A DNA stretch of 64,000 nucleotides from NCBI GenBank assembly GCA_038087875.1, contig CM075989.1, forward strand, positions 1,488,001-1,552,000. Direction: 5' to 3'. A program made the translations under genes and the position numbers. Below, in pieces: positions 61,996 through 64,000 of this stretch. The notes below the pieces were generated by a model. The model did no database searches and was not told the origin of the DNA. It saw nothing but the letters and a program-made list of their open reading frames with translations. The first letter of the stretch is position 1, and each line of letters starts with the position of its first letter. This DNA comes from Malacoraja senta. Its lineage: Eukaryota.

Positions 61996-63180
61996 ATGGA
62001 GAAAGCGTCGAAGGTGAAGGCAAGTCGAGCCGCCGGGAGAGTTGCTGTGGAAGACCGCGGGAGTGCGGGTAGCGGGCAGCCGCGTATCTCACCTACCAAG
62101 TCGCTGCCGGTACGGCCAGTGATTTCAGACTTGGTGCCTCCTGAGAGCACCGTGGCTGCACCATTGGGGCGGAAAGCCACTAAAAAGTCTGCGCGGGCCG
62201 TAGACTCGGATGAGTCGGGCCGGGAGGATTCCCCTCCGGTAATGGATAACGTCTTTGGACGTTGGTCCAGGATGGAGATCCTAATGGAGAGGATGCTCCA
62301 CCAAGATACACTCCAACAGGAGGAGTTGTGTCGGCGCGGGTCTCCTCGGGGGCCCACGCCAGCGGCACCTGTATCAGGGCTGCTTAATGTCTCCCTCTTG
62401 GAGGAGTAGAGAATGCGGAGTCAGTTTTATTCTGACGCCGAGTCTGTGGGTTTAGCCGTGGAGCATACCCCAAGGGATGAAGGGCACGAGCCAGAGGTAC
62501 CAGTCCTGGCAGCAAGATTTGCTATCCCAACACAAACAGGGGAGCCGCTGGGTGAAGAGTTGGCTGCAAGTATAAATTACCTGGCCTCACACCAGCTTCA
62601 AGAGCATACTATGGATGAAACATCCAGAAAATATGAGATCCCTGTTAACTGTGTCCTGCTCAAAGTGCCGGCGGTTAACCACGCCATCTGGGGTCATATG
62701 GGCGTAGGCATCAGAGCTCAGGAACTGAGGCTTCAGAGGGTTCTGAAGCTGCTCGCCTCAGGTATTACAGCGTTCGCCAAGTTGGTGGATGGAGGGCACC
62801 TGTCTGATGTACAGCAGGATGCCCTGGCCCTCATGTGCAATGCACACTTTGAGATAAATTGCCTGAGGAAGAGCACCATCCGCCCTACCATCAACCCTAA
62901 GTTCGTGGCTCTGTGCAAACCCAGCAATATCCAGCCACCAAATCTGCTGTTCGGTGAAGACGTCTCTAAAAGAGTCAAGGAGCTGGTTCGACGAGGCAAG
63001 AACGGTCGGACTCATCAAAGCACCGACGACCAGCAGAACCTCGTTTCGGCGACAGCATCCCTACAAACGGTTTGCTTAAACCGGTTCAGGGTAAGGACCA
63101 AGCCGGCCATTCATAAATATGCACAGCTGGCGCACTCCAACAGGGGCACGGGCGAACATGTCCTTACCCCCCAGAAACAG
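61996..63180 (+). pseudogene. DIRS gag-like ORF (in-frame stop at 62407-62409, later frameshift)
   Basis: P.NC..LKVP.VN..IW and LLFGEDVSKRVKEL motifs recalled from DIRS ORF1 proteins. Confidence 0.7.
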
Positions 63181-63185
63181 GGGGC

Positions 63186-63648
63186 AGAAAATGGTGGCAG
63201 ACACCAGGTCATGCAAATTCAAAGACAACACAGAATGGATGTTGAATCTGCATGTATTTAATGATATTGTTGTTCGGTATGGGATGCCAGATATCGATTT
63301 GTTTGCATCCAGACTCAATCACCAGTTACCGAAGTATGTTTCATGGGAACCAGACCCAGGGGCAGTAGCGGTAGATGCATTCTCGCTACACTGGGGTGGA
63401 ATGTTTTTATATGCATTTCCCCCATTTTGCCTCATCAGTCAGTGCTTGCTCAAGATCAAGCAGGACTCCGCCTCAGGAGTTTTGGTGGTACCCGACTGGC
63501 CTACATAGCCATGGTTCCCACTCGTTTTGGGGATAATAACACAGCCTCTTATGACTGTCCCGAAACGTAGTGACCTACTGGTGCACCCTGTAATGGGGAT
63601 CCACATCCTTTACATGACCGTATTGATCTATTGATTTGCGGATTCTGA
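63186..63648 (+). pseudogene. DIRS pol C-terminus: RNase H end and N6-adenine-methyltransferase-like domain
   Basis: VADTRS..EWML..PDIDLFAS..DAFSLHW..YAFPPF..VVPDWPT*PWFP..HPL. Confidence 0.8.
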
Positions 63649-64000
63649 GGAGGCCATACCTGGGGCTCAGACTATCCGATTGTACCGTGGATGTGATCAC
63701 TGCGGCCTGGATGGATAGTACCAAACAACAGTACATCTCTCATGTCAGGAAATGGGAGGTGTTTTGCTTACGGGGAAACATAACATTTCACACGGCATGC
63801 ATCTCAGATGTGCTAGAGTTTCTGTCAACGCTATACTTTGATGAAGGGTTGAGCTATAGTGCCATCAATAGTGCCAGGAGTGCCCTGTCATCATACTTAT
63901 GGCTGGGGTCGGAACAACACTCTGTTGGATCTCACCCTTTAATATCCCGGTTAATGAAGGGTATTTTTAATTCCAATCCCCCCAGGCCCAGGTATTCTGA
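63628..64000 (+). CDS. Tyrosine recombinase N-terminal part (open to the window end; not in the ORF track)
   Basis: My translation: AWMDSTKQQY..KWEVFC..VLEFLSTLY..GLSYSAINSARSALS..GSHPLISRLMKGIFNSNPPRPRY. Confidence 0.8.

Larger units (their letters stand above)
61789..64000 (+). mobile_element. DIRS1-like tyrosine-recombinase retrotransposon with internal deletion; runs off the window
   Basis: Gag-like ORF, RNase H end plus MT-like domain, and YR N-terminus in DIRS order. The 5' boundary is approximate. Confidence 0.85.

Overview
Eukaryotic, repeat-saturated genomic DNA with no recognisable host protein-coding gene and one 200-N gap (22083-22282). HE1-like SINEs and CR1 LINEs point to an elasmobranch (skate, ray or shark); this is inference from recalled families. 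Most of the window is nested transposable elements. (1) An intact Gypsy (Mag-like) LTR retrotransposon at 5608-10343 has apparently identical 210-bp LTRs, a single 1372-aa gag-pol ORF and a 5-bp TSD that the empty site in a neighbouring paralogue confirms. (2) It sits in the first of two head-to-tail Tx1-clade LINEs joined by a (TC)12 microsatellite. (3) A full-length L1 inserted into a CR1 with a ~105-bp target deletion, and the L1 itself hosts a tail of the same CR1 family. (4) There are two non-autonomous Helitrons, one carrying two related minisatellites. (5) There are two Harbinger-like MITEs and a bipartite RTE derivative. (6) At least seven Penelope-derived units carry minimal hammerhead-ribozyme-like cores, and one is a 134-bp insertion with a perfect 14-bp TSD. 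(7) A group of CpG-rich SINE-like elements shares a core box but has different LINE tails. (8) A DIRS-like tyrosine-recombinase retroelement has lost its RT but keeps its methyltransferase-like domain. I found no CRISPR array, rRNA or true tRNA gene, and no convincing new multi-gene system. The best novelty candidates are the small mobile RNA-like elements and the targeting and junction patterns listed in the findings. Boundaries of old repeats are approximate and identities were judged by eye.
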